Assembly: GCA_045659245.1 (NCBI GenBank)
Contig: JAZOWN010000001.1
Coordinates: 81,823 to 145,822 of the forward strand
DNA length: 64,000 bases
DNA from: Eubacteriales bacterium
GTDB taxonomy: Bacteria; Bacillota; Clostridia; Oscillospirales; CAG-272
Direction: 5' to 3'
This document shows, piece by piece, positions 8,330-18,045 of this stretch; position 1 is the stretch's first letter; the number at the start of each line of letters is the position of its first letter. The notes beneath the pieces were generated by a model, which saw only the letters and a list, made by a program, of their open reading frames with translations, was not told where the DNA came from and searched no databases. The translations under genes and the position numbers were made by a program.

Positions 8330-10418
8330 TCAGAGTATTGAAAAATTAACTACGATAGCCGCAAATACGATGGATACCATAGAGAGTAGCTTGATAAGTA
8401 TGTTTATAGACGGACCTGAGGTATCCTTAAAAGGGTCGCCAACAGTATCGCCTACAACGGCAGCCTTGTGGCAATTCGAGCCCTTTCCGCCGTGAGTTCC
8501 GCTCTCTATGTATTTTTTGGCGTTATCCCAAGCTCCGCCGGAGTTTGACATAAATACAGCCATAAGGAAGCCCGATGCGGTGGCTCCTGCGAGCATTCCT
8601 ACAACACCCGTGCAGCCGAGAACCATTCCTACGATTACGGGAACTGCGATCGCTACTATGGTGGGGAGTATCATTTCACGCAGACTTGCTTTGGTGCATA
8701 GGTCAACGCACGAGGCGTAGTCGGCATCGGCTTTTCCCTCCATAAGTCCCGTTATATCCCTAAATTGACGTCGTACCTCTTTAACCACGCTTTGTGCCGC
8801 ACGTCCTACGGAATTCATGGTAAGTGCTGCGAAAACAAAGGGAAGGCACGCACCGATAAACAAACCAACAAGTACGGTAGGATTGGTAATGTTAAGATTG
8901 GAGATTGCCTCTGCGCCGCCGTCTATGGTTTTTACCTTATCGAGTAAGATGCCATTAGAGCAAGTGCGGTGAGCGCTGCAGGGCCGATAGCAAAGCCCTT
9001 GCCCGTAGCGGCTGTCGTGTTGCCGAGAGAGTCCAGAGCATCTGTGCGGTTTCTTACGTCACTTTCAAGATTTGCCATTTGAGCAATACCGCCTGCGTTA
9101 TCCGCAACGGGGCCGTAGGCGTCGGTTGCAAGCGTTATACCCAAGGTGGAAAGCATACCGACAGCTGCGAGAGCTATTCCGTAAAGACCTCTTGAAACAC
9201 TTGCCGCTCCGCCAGAAACAAAGTAGGCAACGAGTACGCAGATTGAAACTATTATAATGGGGAGGAGAGTAGAGAGCATTCCAACGGACAAGCCGCCGAT
9301 AATAATGGTAGCCGTTCCCGTTTCTGAGGTAGCCGCAAGATTGCGCGTAGGCTTGTAGCTGTCAGAGGTGAAATATTCGGTAGCTTGACCGATAAGCACA
9401 CCTGCTATAAGACCTGCCAAAACTGCAAAATAAATGGGCCAATATTCCTTACCGAGAACGAAATATACAAGCGGGAACGCCGCAAGTGCGATAAGTATAG
9501 CCGAGAAATTAGTACCCCTTGAAAGTGCGCGAAGAAGCTGCTTTTGGGTTGCGCCCTCTTTAGTTCTTACGAGGAACGTTCCGAAAATTGAGCATATTAC
9601 GCCTACAGCTGCAAGTAGCATGGGTAGAGCCATGGCACGGAATCCAAGAGACCCGAATGCGGTAACACCCAAAGCGCAAGCGGACACTATCGAACCGACG
9701 TAAGACTCGTAAAGATCGGCGCCCATTCCGGCAACGTCTCCGACGTTATCTCCTACGTTATCCGCAATAACTGCGGGATTACGTGGGTCGTCCTCGGGAA
9801 TACCTGCCTCTACCTTGCCCACGAGGTCTGCTCCGACATCAGCTGCTTTGGTGAATATACCGCCGCCGACACGCGCAAACAGTGCCATGGACGAGGCGCC
9901 CATACCGAAGGTTAGCATAGCGCCTGTAATTTCGGAGGGCTGAAGTCCAAATCCAAATTTAAGGATAAGAAACCAAATTGAAATGTCGAGAAGTCCAAGA
10001 CCAACGACGGTAAAGCCCATTACGCTTCCTGCGGAAAAGGCAACGCGAAGCCCCTTATTAAGTCCCTCGCGTCAGGCGTTTGCGGTTCTTGCGTTTGATG
10101 CGGTAGCTATCTTCATTCCTATAAACCCCGAAAGAGCGGAGAAGAAGCCACCTGAAATAAATGCAAACGGAGTAAAGGGATTTAGAAGTCCGAATATTGC
10201 CATAACTCCGAGGATTGCTAACATAATGCTAAAGAATATTAGTACGATTTTATACTGTCTTTTCAAAAAGGCGTTTGCTCCATGCGGATAGAAAGGGAGA
10301 TTTTTTTCATCAAATCGTTGCCCTCCGAGAATTTCATTACCCGACAAGCCAAAAGGACTGCAAAAAGCAGAGCGAGTATTGAACAAACCAAAGTAACCGT
10401 AACGATTATAATATCCAT
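8330..10418 (-). pseudogene. hppA: Membrane-bound proton/sodium-translocating pyrophosphatase (HppA), disrupted by two frameshifts and one in-frame TGA
   Basis: Three ORF-track fragments (10072-10431, 8932-10020, 8330-8863) plus an out-of-frame N-terminus starting at ATG 10418 (MDIIIVTVTL...GNDLMKKISLSIR) together read as one full-length HppA. Lesions: a 1-nt loss near 10281-10286, TGA at 10072-10074 inside ...[25 protein letters not shown]..., and a 1-nt loss near 8935-8950 (..LMASY / [10 protein letters not shown]..). Confidence 0.85.
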
Positions 10419-10448
10419 AAAATGCCTCCATAGTTATTGGTATAGGCT

Positions 10449-10477
10449 ACTATAACACATTGTTATATTTTTGTCAA
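10449..10477 (-). promoter_or_regulatory. Sigma-A promoter upstream of the hppA pseudogene
   Basis: On the minus strand: TTGACA (10472-10477), 17 nt, TATAGT (10449-10454). Confidence 0.6.
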
Positions 10478-10544
10478 GCGCCTTGTTAAAAAAATATCAC
10501 TATTGTTTTTGTCTTTTATACTAATAAAAATATTGCATAACTTA

Positions 10545-10574
10545 TAAAAATTCCCACTCTCATGAGAGTGGGAA
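10545..10574 (-). terminator. Rho-independent terminator of asnS-asnA
   Basis: TTCCCACTCT-catg-AGAGTGGGAA followed by a U-run on the minus strand. Confidence 0.8.
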
Positions 10575-10583
10575 TAGTGTATA

Positions 10584-11597
10584 TTAGAGCAGCGGTATGC
10601 CGTTTTCTTCGCAGATGCGAACGGTTTCTGCATCCCAAATGCTCGACTGAACCTCTCCGATGTGAGCGCAGCCCATCATGAGCATGCAAAGGCGCGACTG
10701 ACCTATTCCGCCGCCTATTGTAAGCGGAAGCTCGTCATTGAGTAGCATTTTATGGAAGGGAAGCTCTCTGCGGTCGTCACAGCCTGCGGCTGTAAGCTGT
10801 CTATCAAGAGCCTCTGCATCAACGCGGATACCCATTGAGGAGATCTCAACGCCTCTGCCGAGCACGTCGTTCCAGAAGAATATATCTCCGTTGAGCTGCC
10901 AGTCGTCGTAGTCGGGCGCTCTGCCGTCGTGAGGCTTACCAGAGCGAAGCTTGCCGCCTATCTGCATGATAAATGCGGTCTTGTGCTCCTTAACGAACGC
11001 CGATTCTCTTTCAGATGCGGTAAGCGTGGGATACATATCCTCAAGCTCCTGTGTTGTAACGAATGCCACGTCGCGGCAAAGCTCTATCTTGAGCTGGGGG
11101 TAGCGAACGTGAAGGCGATCGTTGGTGTTGCAGATAGCACCGACTATCGAGCGGACTATGAGCTTAAGATAATCCATGTTTCTCGCTTCGCGGGTTATTA
11201 TCTTTTCCCAGTCCCACTGGTCAACGTAGATAGAGTGCAGGTTGTCAAGCGACTCGTCTCTGCGGATAGCGTTCATGTCGGTATAAAGACCGTTTCCAAC
11301 TGAAAAGTTATATCTTTTGAGTGCAAGACGCTTCCATTTTGCAAGTGAGTGCACGACCTGTGCGCACGTTCCGATAGCGGGAACGTCAAAGGAAACGGGG
11401 CGCTCGTAGCCGTTGAGGTTGTCGTTAAGTCCCGACTCCTCGGTTACAAAGAGGGGGGCGGAAACGCGCTTTAGGTCAAGCGCCTTTGCAAATTCCTCCT
11501 GGAAGGTCTGCTTGATGTAAGCAATAGCCTTTTGCGTGTTGTATTCGTCCAGAGGCGGACGGTAGTCCTTGGGAACAAAGACTGCGTTCGGTTTCAT
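10584..11597 (-). CDS. asnA: Aspartate--ammonia ligase (asparagine synthetase A)
   Basis: 337 aa. N-terminal YNTQKAIAYIKQTFQEEFAKALDLKRVSAPLFV and C-terminal GGGIGQSRLCMLMMGCAHIGEVQ are typical of AsnA. Confidence 0.9.
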   Translation of the reverse strand: MKPNAVFVPKDYRPPLDEYNTQKAIAYIKQTFQEEFAKALDLKRVSAPLFVTEESGLNDNLNGYERPVSFDVPAIGTCAQVVHSLAKWKRLALKRYNFSVGNGLYTDMNAIRRDESLDNLHSIYVDQWDWEKIITREARNMDYLKLIVRSIVGAICNTNDRLHVRYPQLKIELCRDVAFVTTQELEDMYPTLTASERESAFVKEHKTAFIMQIGGKLRSGKPHDGRAPDYDDWQLNGDIFFWNDVLGRGVEISSMGIRVDAEALDRQLTAAGCDDRRELPFHKMLLNDELPLTIGGGIGQSRLCMLMMGCAHIGEVQSSIWDAETVRICEENGIPLL

Positions 11598-11615
11598 ATT
11601 TTAAACTCCTGAATA

Positions 11616-13010
11616 TTAATATTCGGCATTTCCTACCGTTCTGGGGTAGGGAAGTACGTCGCGGATATTGGAAATACCGGTAAGGTACATAATGATTCTC
11701 TCAAAGCCCAAGCCGTAGCCTGCGTGCTTGGTTCCGCCGAAGCGACGGAGATTGAGATACCACCAATAATCCTCCTCGTTAAGTCCGCATTCAGCCATGC
11801 GGGCGGTGAGAACGTCAATTCTCCCCTCACGCTGTGAGCCGCCGATGATCTCTCCGACTCCGGGAACGAGCAGGTCCATTGCGGCAACGGTCTTGCCGTC
11901 GTCGTTAAGGCGCATGTAGAACGCCTTGATCTGTTTGGGATAGTCTATAACGAACACGGGGCACTTGAATATCTGCTCCGTAAGGTATCTTTCGTGCTCG
12001 GTCTGAAGGTCGATGCCCCACTCAACGGGGTACTTGAAGTCAGCGCCGCTCTTTTTAAGAAGCTCGACTGCTTCGGTGTATGTGACCTTCTTGTATTCGC
12101 TGTTTGCAAGCGTTGTGAGTCTGTCGAGGAGTCCCTTTTCAACGAACTTGTTGAAGAATTCGATCTCCTGAGGGCAGTTTTCGAGGATATGGCGGATTAT
12201 ATACTGGATCATATCCCATGCAAGCTGCATATTATCGTCAAGGTCTGCAAATGCGATCTCGGGCTCGATCATCCAGAACTCTGCCGCATGACGTGCCGTG
12301 TTGGAGTTTTCTGCGCGGAACGTAGGTCCAAAGGTATAGATCTTACCGTAAGCCAAAGCGTAGGTCTCGCCCTCAAGCTGACCTGAAACGGTAAGATTTG
12401 CGCTCTTTCCGAAGAAGTCCTGCGAATAATCTATCTTTCCGTCCTCGGTGCGGGGAGGATTTTCCATATCGAGAGTGGTTACGCGGAACATCTCACCTGC
12501 GCCCTCGCAGTCAGATGCGGTAACGATAGGGGTATGAACGTAAACGAATCCACGGTCGTGGAAGAATTTATGAATAGCAAAAGCCGCCTCGCTTCTTACT
12601 CTGAACGCCGCCGAGAAAAGATTGGTACGGGGGCGCAGGTATGCCTGCTCGCGTAAGAACTCTACGGTGTGGCGTTTGGGCTGGAGGGGGTAGTCGGGGG
12701 TTGAAGTTCCCTCAACGAGGATCTCCTCTGCCTTTATCTCAAAGGGCTGCTTCATAGCGGGAGTCAGCTCCACGCGTCCCTTGACAACGAGCGCCGCGCC
12801 TACGTTCTGGTGGGCGATCTCGTCGTAATTATTTATCTTTTCGCGCTCAAATACAACCTGAACGCTCTTATGGCAGCTACCGTCGTTAAGGTCAATAAAG
12901 CCGAACGCCTTGCTGTCGCGCAGATTACGTACCCAACCGCCGAGCGTTACGGTCTTGCCGCCGAAGTCCTCTGTATTCTCATATATTGAGCGAATAAAAT
13001 CTCTTTTCAT
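11616..13010 (-). CDS. asnS: Asparagine--tRNA ligase
   Basis: 464 aa. OB-fold N-terminus ([25 protein letters not shown]) and class II motifs ([36 protein letters not shown]). Confidence 0.92.
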   Translation of the reverse strand: MKRDFIRSIYENTEDFGGKTVTLGGWVRNLRDSKAFGFIDLNDGSCHKSVQVVFEREKINNYDEIAHQNVGAALVVKGRVELTPAMKQPFEIKAEEILVEGTSTPDYPLQPKRHTVEFLREQAYLRPRTNLFSAAFRVRSEAAFAIHKFFHDRGFVYVHTPIVTASDCEGAGEMFRVTTLDMENPPRTEDGKIDYSQDFFGKSANLTVSGQLEGETYALAYGKIYTFGPTFRAENSNTARHAAEFWMIEPEIAFADLDDNMQLAWDMIQYIIRHILENCPQEIEFFNKFVEKGLLDRLTTLANSEYKKVTYTEAVELLKKSGADFKYPVEWGIDLQTEHERYLTEQIFKCPVFVIDYPKQIKAFYMRLNDDGKTVAAMDLLVPGVGEIIGGSQREGRIDVLTARMAECGLNEEDYWWYLNLRRFGGTKHAGYGLGFERIIMYLTGISNIRDVLPYPRTVGNAEY

Positions 13011-13062
13011 AAGCTTCTCCGTTCTTTGGTCAATTTGTAATTTAGAACCATCTAACTAAATA

Positions 13063-13091
13063 ATTATATCACTATCGCTTGATTTTGTCAA
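13063..13091 (-). promoter_or_regulatory. Consensus sigma-A promoter of asnS-asnA
   Basis: On the minus strand: TTGACA (13086-13091), 17 nt, TATAAT (13063-13068) with a TGa extension. The leader is only about 50 nt, so there is no room for a T-box. Confidence 0.7.
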
Positions 13092-13122
13092 TTGTTTTTG
13101 CCAAAAAGATTATACGCAAATC

Positions 13123-13151
13123 TTGACTTTTGTTTTTCAATGTGCTACAAT
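13123..13151 (+). promoter_or_regulatory. Sigma-A promoter of the ABC exporter / EamA operon
   Basis: TTGACT (13123-13128), 17 nt, TACAAT (13146-13151). Confidence 0.6.
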
Positions 13152-13200
13152 TAATGTAAAGAAATATGAAAATCATAATGACGTATAAAGGAAAACTAAT

Positions 13201-14931
13201 ATGCTAAAACGCTTTATTTCTTACTATAAGCCTCACAGGCTGGTTTTTTGCTTTGATATGCTGGCATCTCTTGCAGTGGCACTCGTCGGAATAGTTTATC
13301 CCGTCGTTACAAGGCTCATGCTCAACGACCTCATTCCGAACAGAAATTACAAAATGGTAGTAGTGTTTGGCGTGACACTTCTCGGGCTATATCTTTTGCG
13401 CATGCTGCTTAACTATTTTATACAGTATTACGGTCACGTTATGGGTGTGCGAATGCAGGCGGCGATGCGCTCGGACATGTTCCGCCACCTTGAAAAACTA
13501 CCTTACACCTTTTACGACAACAATGAAACGGGAAAGATAATGTCGCGAATGACGACGGACCTTTGGGAGATAAGCGAGCTTGCGCACCACGGTCCCGAAA
13601 ATCTGCTTATTTCATCTGTTTCCATTATTATCTCGTTTGTATATCTCTTTACGATAAACAAGTGGCTGACGCTTATAATATTCGCGTGCGTTCCTTTTCT
13701 TATCCTCGTGGCAGTTCTTTTGCGCGGAAAAATGAAGAGCGCTTTTATGGAAAGCAGAAAGTCTGTGGCGCTCATAAATGCCGCGCTTGAGAGCAGTATA
13801 TCGGGTATCCGCGTTACTAAGGCGTTTGATAACTCCAAAAAGGAAGCGGAGAAGTTTGAAGAGGGCAACGAGCAGTTCGTTCACGCTCGCGACGACGCTT
13901 ACCGCGCTATGGGACGCTTCCATTCCATGACGTCCTTTATAACGGATATATTCAACGTTATAGTTCTCATAGCAGGTGGATTTTTCCTTTACAACGGAAG
14001 CATACAGTTCGGTGACTACTCGGCGTTTATAGTTTCCGTAAACCTTTTCATCGCTCCCGTTATGACGCTTATAAACTTTATGGAGCAGTATCAGAACGGC
14101 GTTACGGGCTTTGAGAGATTCGTTGAGATAATGAACGAGAAGCCCGAGGAGGACAAGGAGGGCGCGGAGGATATCGAGAGTGTCGAGGGACGTATTGAGA
14201 TAAAGAACGCGGTATATTCCTACGACGAGGGCAAGGAGGTATTAAGAGGTGTAAACCTTAATATCCCCAAGGGCACGAAGTTTGCGCTCGTAGGACCTTC
14301 GGGAGGCGGAAAGACGACTATTTGTCATCTTATTCCCAATTTTTACGAGCTTGAAACGGGAGATATACTCATTGACGGAAAATCTATTTCAAGCATAACC
14401 AGAAGCTCGCTTCGCAGAAATATCGGTATAGTCCAGCAGGATATTTACCTTTTCAACGCAAGCTTCCGTGATAACATTCTTTACGGCAGACTTGATGCTA
14501 CCGAGGAGGAGATAATCGAGGCAGCTAAGCGCGCGAATATACACGACTATATAATTAGTCTTGAAAACGGCTACGATACGGAGATAGGAGAGAGGGGAGT
14601 ACGGCTTTCGGGAGGACAGAAGCAGCGTCTTTCAATAGCGCGCGTATTTCTCAAGAATCCCCCGATACTCATACTCGACGAGGCGACGAGCGCGCTTGAT
14701 AACACGACGGAAATACTCATTCAAGAGGCACTTGACGAGCTTTGCGTAGGCAGAACGACGCTTGTAGTGGCGCATAGGCTCTCGACTATTAAGAACGCGG
14801 ACGAGATAGCGGTTGTAGCTGAAGGAAGGATAGTAGAGCAGGGAACGCATGAGAAGCTTCTCGCACTTGAGGGAGAGTATGCAAAGCTCTATAAGCTTGA
14901 GTTCCGCGCGGCAGAGGAGATGGTTCTATGA
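13201..14931 (+). CDS. ABC transporter ATP-binding/permease protein (exporter type)
   Basis: 576 aa with a TM domain, Walker A GPSGGGKTT, signature LSGGQKQRLSIAR and Walker B ILILDEATSALD. Confidence 0.9.
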   Translation: MLKRFISYYKPHRLVFCFDMLASLAVALVGIVYPVVTRLMLNDLIPNRNYKMVVVFGVTLLGLYLLRMLLNYFIQYYGHVMGVRMQAAMRSDMFRHLEKLPYTFYDNNETGKIMSRMTTDLWEISELAHHGPENLLISSVSIIISFVYLFTINKWLTLIIFACVPFLILVAVLLRGKMKSAFMESRKSVALINAALESSISGIRVTKAFDNSKKEAEKFEEGNEQFVHARDDAYRAMGRFHSMTSFITDIFNVIVLIAGGFFLYNGSIQFGDYSAFIVSVNLFIAPVMTLINFMEQYQNGVTGFERFVEIMNEKPEEDKEGAEDIESVEGRIEIKNAVYSYDEGKEVLRGVNLNIPKGTKFALVGPSGGGKTTICHLIPNFYELETGDILIDGKSISSITRSSLRRNIGIVQQDIYLFNASFRDNILYGRLDATEEEIIEAAKRANIHDYIISLENGYDTEIGERGVRLSGGQKQRLSIARVFLKNPPILILDEATSALDNTTEILIQEALDELCVGRTTLVVAHRLSTIKNADEIAVVAEGRIVEQGTHEKLLALEGEYAKLYKLEFRAAEEMVL

Positions 14932-15839
14932 TCAAAAATCGTATATACGCAATTTTAGTTATTCTTTCGGGAGTACTTTGGAGTCCCTCCTGCATTTTCG
15001 TCGATTTGCTTGGAAGGTGGGGCTTTAATTCCTTTCAGTGCTCCGCTATAAGAATATTGACGTCAGCGATAATACTCAATGCTATACTGATAATAAAGGG
15101 CAAGGGATTTAAGTATTATAAGGTAAGCCTCGGCTCGTACGTTATCACCGCAATATCGGGAATATGCTCCGTGTTTGCCCTGTGCGTGCTGTATTATGCT
15201 TGTCTTACCATGACGTCGGCGGCAACGGCGGCTATACTTATCTATACTGCGCCCTTGTTCGTTATGATAATGTCGCTTATATTTTTTCACGAGCGCTTGA
15301 CACTCACTAAAATATCCGCGTTTATTATAGCTATCGCGGGCTGCGCTCTTGTTTCGGGAGTCGTGGGAGAAGCGGTTGTAAGCGTTAAGGGTATTGTTTT
15401 GGGTGTGCTTGCAGGGTTTTCCTACTCGCTTTACGGTATACTTACCTCGTTTTATATGAAAAAGAATAAGGAGCCGCTTGCGTTTACTGCTCAAAGCTTT
15501 ATTTTTGCGGCAATAGGTGCTCTGTGTATTGCAAATCCCGTGGAGATAGTAAAAAAAGCGGTGGAGCTTCCGCGCACTTGGCTTGTGTTTGCGGTTTTCG
15601 TGCTGTTTGCTCTTCTTACGTCCGTTCTGCCGTTCTTTCTGTATTCCAAGGGAGTCTCGGGGGTATCTGCCTCAACCGCCTCTATTCTTGCCTTCAGCGA
15701 GCCTCTGTTGGCTGCGGGGGGGGGAGTTACGGTTCTTGGACAATCGCTGGATATTTTCGGAATTGTTGGAATCGTGCTCGTGGTGGCGGCAATCGTTATT
15801 CTAAATTTGCCGCCGTTGAAAAGAAAGAAAACTTACTAA
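14928..15839 (+). CDS. EamA/DMT family transporter
   Basis: 303 aa, about 10 TM helices in a duplicated EamA-like pattern. Overlaps the upstream ABC gene by 4 nt (ATGA). Confidence 0.75.
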   Translation: MIKNRIYAILVILSGVLWSPSCIFVDLLGRWGFNSFQCSAIRILTSAIILNAILIIKGKGFKYYKVSLGSYVITAISGICSVFALCVLYYACLTMTSAATAAILIYTAPLFVMIMSLIFFHERLTLTKISAFIIAIAGCALVSGVVGEAVVSVKGIVLGVLAGFSYSLYGILTSFYMKKNKEPLAFTAQSFIFAAIGALCIANPVEIVKKAVELPRTWLVFAVFVLFALLTSVLPFFLYSKGVSGVSASTASILAFSEPLLAAGGGVTVLGQSLDIFGIVGIVLVVAAIVILNLPPLKRKKTY

Positions 15840-15916
15840 ATATTTACAAATCGTCTATTGTATTTTTTAGTAAAATAGGATATGATTGTTAGGATTGAGT
15901 GGAAGGGGCGAGAGAC

Positions 15917-16813
15917 GTGTTTGGATACGTAAGGGTAAGAAGCTCGGAGCTAAAGGTAAAAGAATATGAGCTTTACCGCGGTGCTTATTGCGGGCTTTGT
16001 CGCTCGATGGGTAAATGTACGGGGCAGTGCTCCCGTATGGCTCTTTCCTACGATTTTGCCTTTTTGGCGATGCTACGGATTTGCCTCGGTAAGGTCGATA
16101 AGATAGAATTCAAGCAAAGAAGATGCCTTGCACACCCTTTGAAGAAGCGAGGCGTCATGGAGCGCAACGCAGAGCTTGACTACTGCGCGCGCGCGGCGGC
16201 AATCCTCGGATACCATAAGATAAGGGACGATATTGCGGACGAGCGCGGATTTAAGAAAGCGCGCGCCCTGATTACCTATCCTTTCGTTGCGTCTTGGCGC
16301 AAAAAAGCCTTGAAGGCGGGGCTTTTGCCGCTTGACGAAAAGGTTTCCGATGCTCTTGCAAGGCTTTCTGCTCTTGAGACAAAAAAGAAGCCGAGCGTTG
16401 ACGAGCCTGCCGAGATATTCGGAGAGATACTTGCCGCAATTACCTCTTTTGGACTTGATGGCAGTGAGGAGCGTATTGCTTACGAGCTTGGAATGCACGT
16501 CGGAAAGTGGATATATATAGTTGATGCGCTTGACGATGCAGAGGACGACCAAAAGAAAAAGCGCTACAATCCTTTTTTGCTTTTATACGGCGGAAGACTT
16601 CCGCAGGGTGAGGAGCTTACCTTGATCTCCGATGCTCTCAAAGCAGAGCTTTGCGGCGCAGAGGCGGCGCTCGATTTAATGGATACCAACAAGGAGTCGG
16701 TAAAGAATATTATTGAAAATATCTTGTATCTGGGCATGCCTGATACAGTTGAAAAAATAATTTGCGGGGACGGCTGTAAATCCGATAATACCTCCGCAGA
16801 AAGGCAGAACTGA
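15917..16813 (+). CDS. DUF5685-like protein: N-terminal CxxCx5Cx3C cluster and two DDxxD motifs
   Basis: MFGYVRV...[19 protein letters not shown]-terminus. Contains [13 protein letters not shown] and [14 protein letters not shown]. The likely start is GTG 15917, which follows GGAAGGGG (ORF-track start is 15899). Confidence 0.6.
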   Translation: MFGYVRVRSSELKVKEYELYRGAYCGLCRSMGKCTGQCSRMALSYDFAFLAMLRICLGKVDKIEFKQRRCLAHPLKKRGVMERNAELDYCARAAAILGYHKIRDDIADERGFKKARALITYPFVASWRKKALKAGLLPLDEKVSDALARLSALETKKKPSVDEPAEIFGEILAAITSFGLDGSEERIAYELGMHVGKWIYIVDALDDAEDDQKKKRYNPFLLLYGGRLPQGEELTLISDALKAELCGAEAALDLMDTNKESVKNIIENILYLGMPDTVEKIICGDGCKSDNTSAERQN

Positions 16814-16814
16814 A

Positions 16815-17468
16815 ATGAACGATCCTTACAAGGTGCTGGGTGTGTCGCCCGACGCCTCCGATGATGAGATAAAAAAAGCATACAGACAGCTTGCGCGTAA
16901 GTATCACCCCGATAAATACCGCGACAGCGACCTTGCCGATCTCGCAAGCGAGAAGATGAAGGAGGTCAATGCGGCTTACGAGGAGATCAAGAAGATGCGT
17001 GAGACGGGCAGCCGCTCAAATACCAATGCGGGAGCAGGCGCAGGCTACGGAGCGCGCGGACGTTACAGCTATGCGGGAAACGAATCCGCAAGCGGAGACC
17101 CTAAATACAATGAAATACGCAGAATGATAAATTCGGGCAATATCGGCAGAGCAGAACAGATGCTTTACGGTATTGAGGAGCACCAGAGAAATGCCGAATG
17201 GAATTTCCTTATGGGCTGTATTATGGCTCGCCGTTCAAATTTCGTTGACGCGCAGAGATATTTCGATATTGCTTGCTCCATGGATCCTTATAACAACGAG
17301 TACCGCGCGGCGCAGGCAGAGCTTCGCAACCGCGCAAACGGCTATGGCGGCGGTTATAGAACGGCTCACACCTCGGGCGGTTGCTCTACGTGCGATATAT
17401 GCTCAGGACTTATGTGCGCTGACTGCTGCTGTGAGTGCATGGGCGGCGATCTTATCGGCTGCTGCTGA
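16815..17468 (+). CDS. J-domain protein with TPR-like middle region and a Cys-rich C-terminal tail
   Basis: J domain ([30 protein letters not shown]). Tail [30 protein letters not shown]. The start is 1 nt after the upstream stop codon. Confidence 0.8.
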   Translation: MNDPYKVLGVSPDASDDEIKKAYRQLARKYHPDKYRDSDLADLASEKMKEVNAAYEEIKKMRETGSRSNTNAGAGAGYGARGRYSYAGNESASGDPKYNEIRRMINSGNIGRAEQMLYGIEEHQRNAEWNFLMGCIMARRSNFVDAQRYFDIACSMDPYNNEYRAAQAELRNRANGYGGGYRTAHTSGGCSTCDICSGLMCADCCCECMGGDLIGCC

Positions 17469-17484
17469 CGAGAGGTGATGTTCC

Positions 17485-18000
17485 GTGAAAAAGGGCAGGG
17501 TTAAGCAATTGACCGTTTGTGCCGCGCTGTCGGCTATTGGTGTGGTGCTTTTGAGCATAGGACATCTTATAGACGTGCTTGATGCATCTCTTGCGGTGCT
17601 TGCGTCGATCGTGTGCATCGTTGCCGTAATTGAGTACGGCAAGGCGGCACCGTGGCTTGTGTTCTCGGTGACGGCAACTCTTTCACTAATACTCATTCCG
17701 ACAAACTCGGCGGCGCTTATGTATCTTATGTTCTTCGGCTATTATCCTATACTTAAGGAAAAGCTTGAAAGACTGCCGAGAGTGCTTTCATGGGTTGTCA
17801 AGGAGCTTATCTTTAATACGGCTATGGTAATATGCATAGCGCTGATAACGATATTGTTTATGCCGACGACCGAGGTGACGGTATGGACCTACGCCATACT
17901 TGTGCTTCTTTGCGAGGTGGTGTTCGTGCTGTACGATATAGCGCTCACTAGGCTCATTAGCTTTTATATCTATAAGCTGCGCACGAGATTTAAATTTTAA
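17485..18000 (+). CDS. Small integral membrane protein (about 5 TM), function unknown
   Basis: 171-aa hydrophobic ORF with a GTG start following GAGAGGTGA, 16 nt after the J-domain gene. Followed by a strong terminator. Confidence 0.6.
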   Translation: MKKGRVKQLTVCAALSAIGVVLLSIGHLIDVLDASLAVLASIVCIVAVIEYGKAAPWLVFSVTATLSLILIPTNSAALMYLMFFGYYPILKEKLERLPRVLSWVVKELIFNTAMVICIALITILFMPTTEVTVWTYAILVLLCEVVFVLYDIALTRLISFYIYKLRTRFKF

Positions 18001-18002
18001 AC

Positions 18003-18044
18003 AAAAAAGCTTTTGCTTCAAAAAGGAAGCAAAAGCTTTTTTTT
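18003..18044. terminator. Bidirectional terminator
   Basis: AAAAAAGCTTTTGCTTC-aaaaag-GAAGCAAAAGCTTTTTTTT. Confidence 0.85.
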
Positions 18045-18045
18045 G

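Noticed and set aside
10072-10074. In-frame TGA in hppA as possible selenocysteine or genetic-code recoding.
   Set aside because: TGA is used as an ordinary stop by neighbouring genes (for example at 16811-16813, 17466-17468 and 51034-51036). The position is not a Cys or redox site in HppA. The same gene also has two frameshifts.
13011-13100. T-box or other riboswitch upstream of asnS.
   Set aside because: The consensus promoter leaves only about 50 nt of leader. No specifier hairpin or T-box sequence is present.
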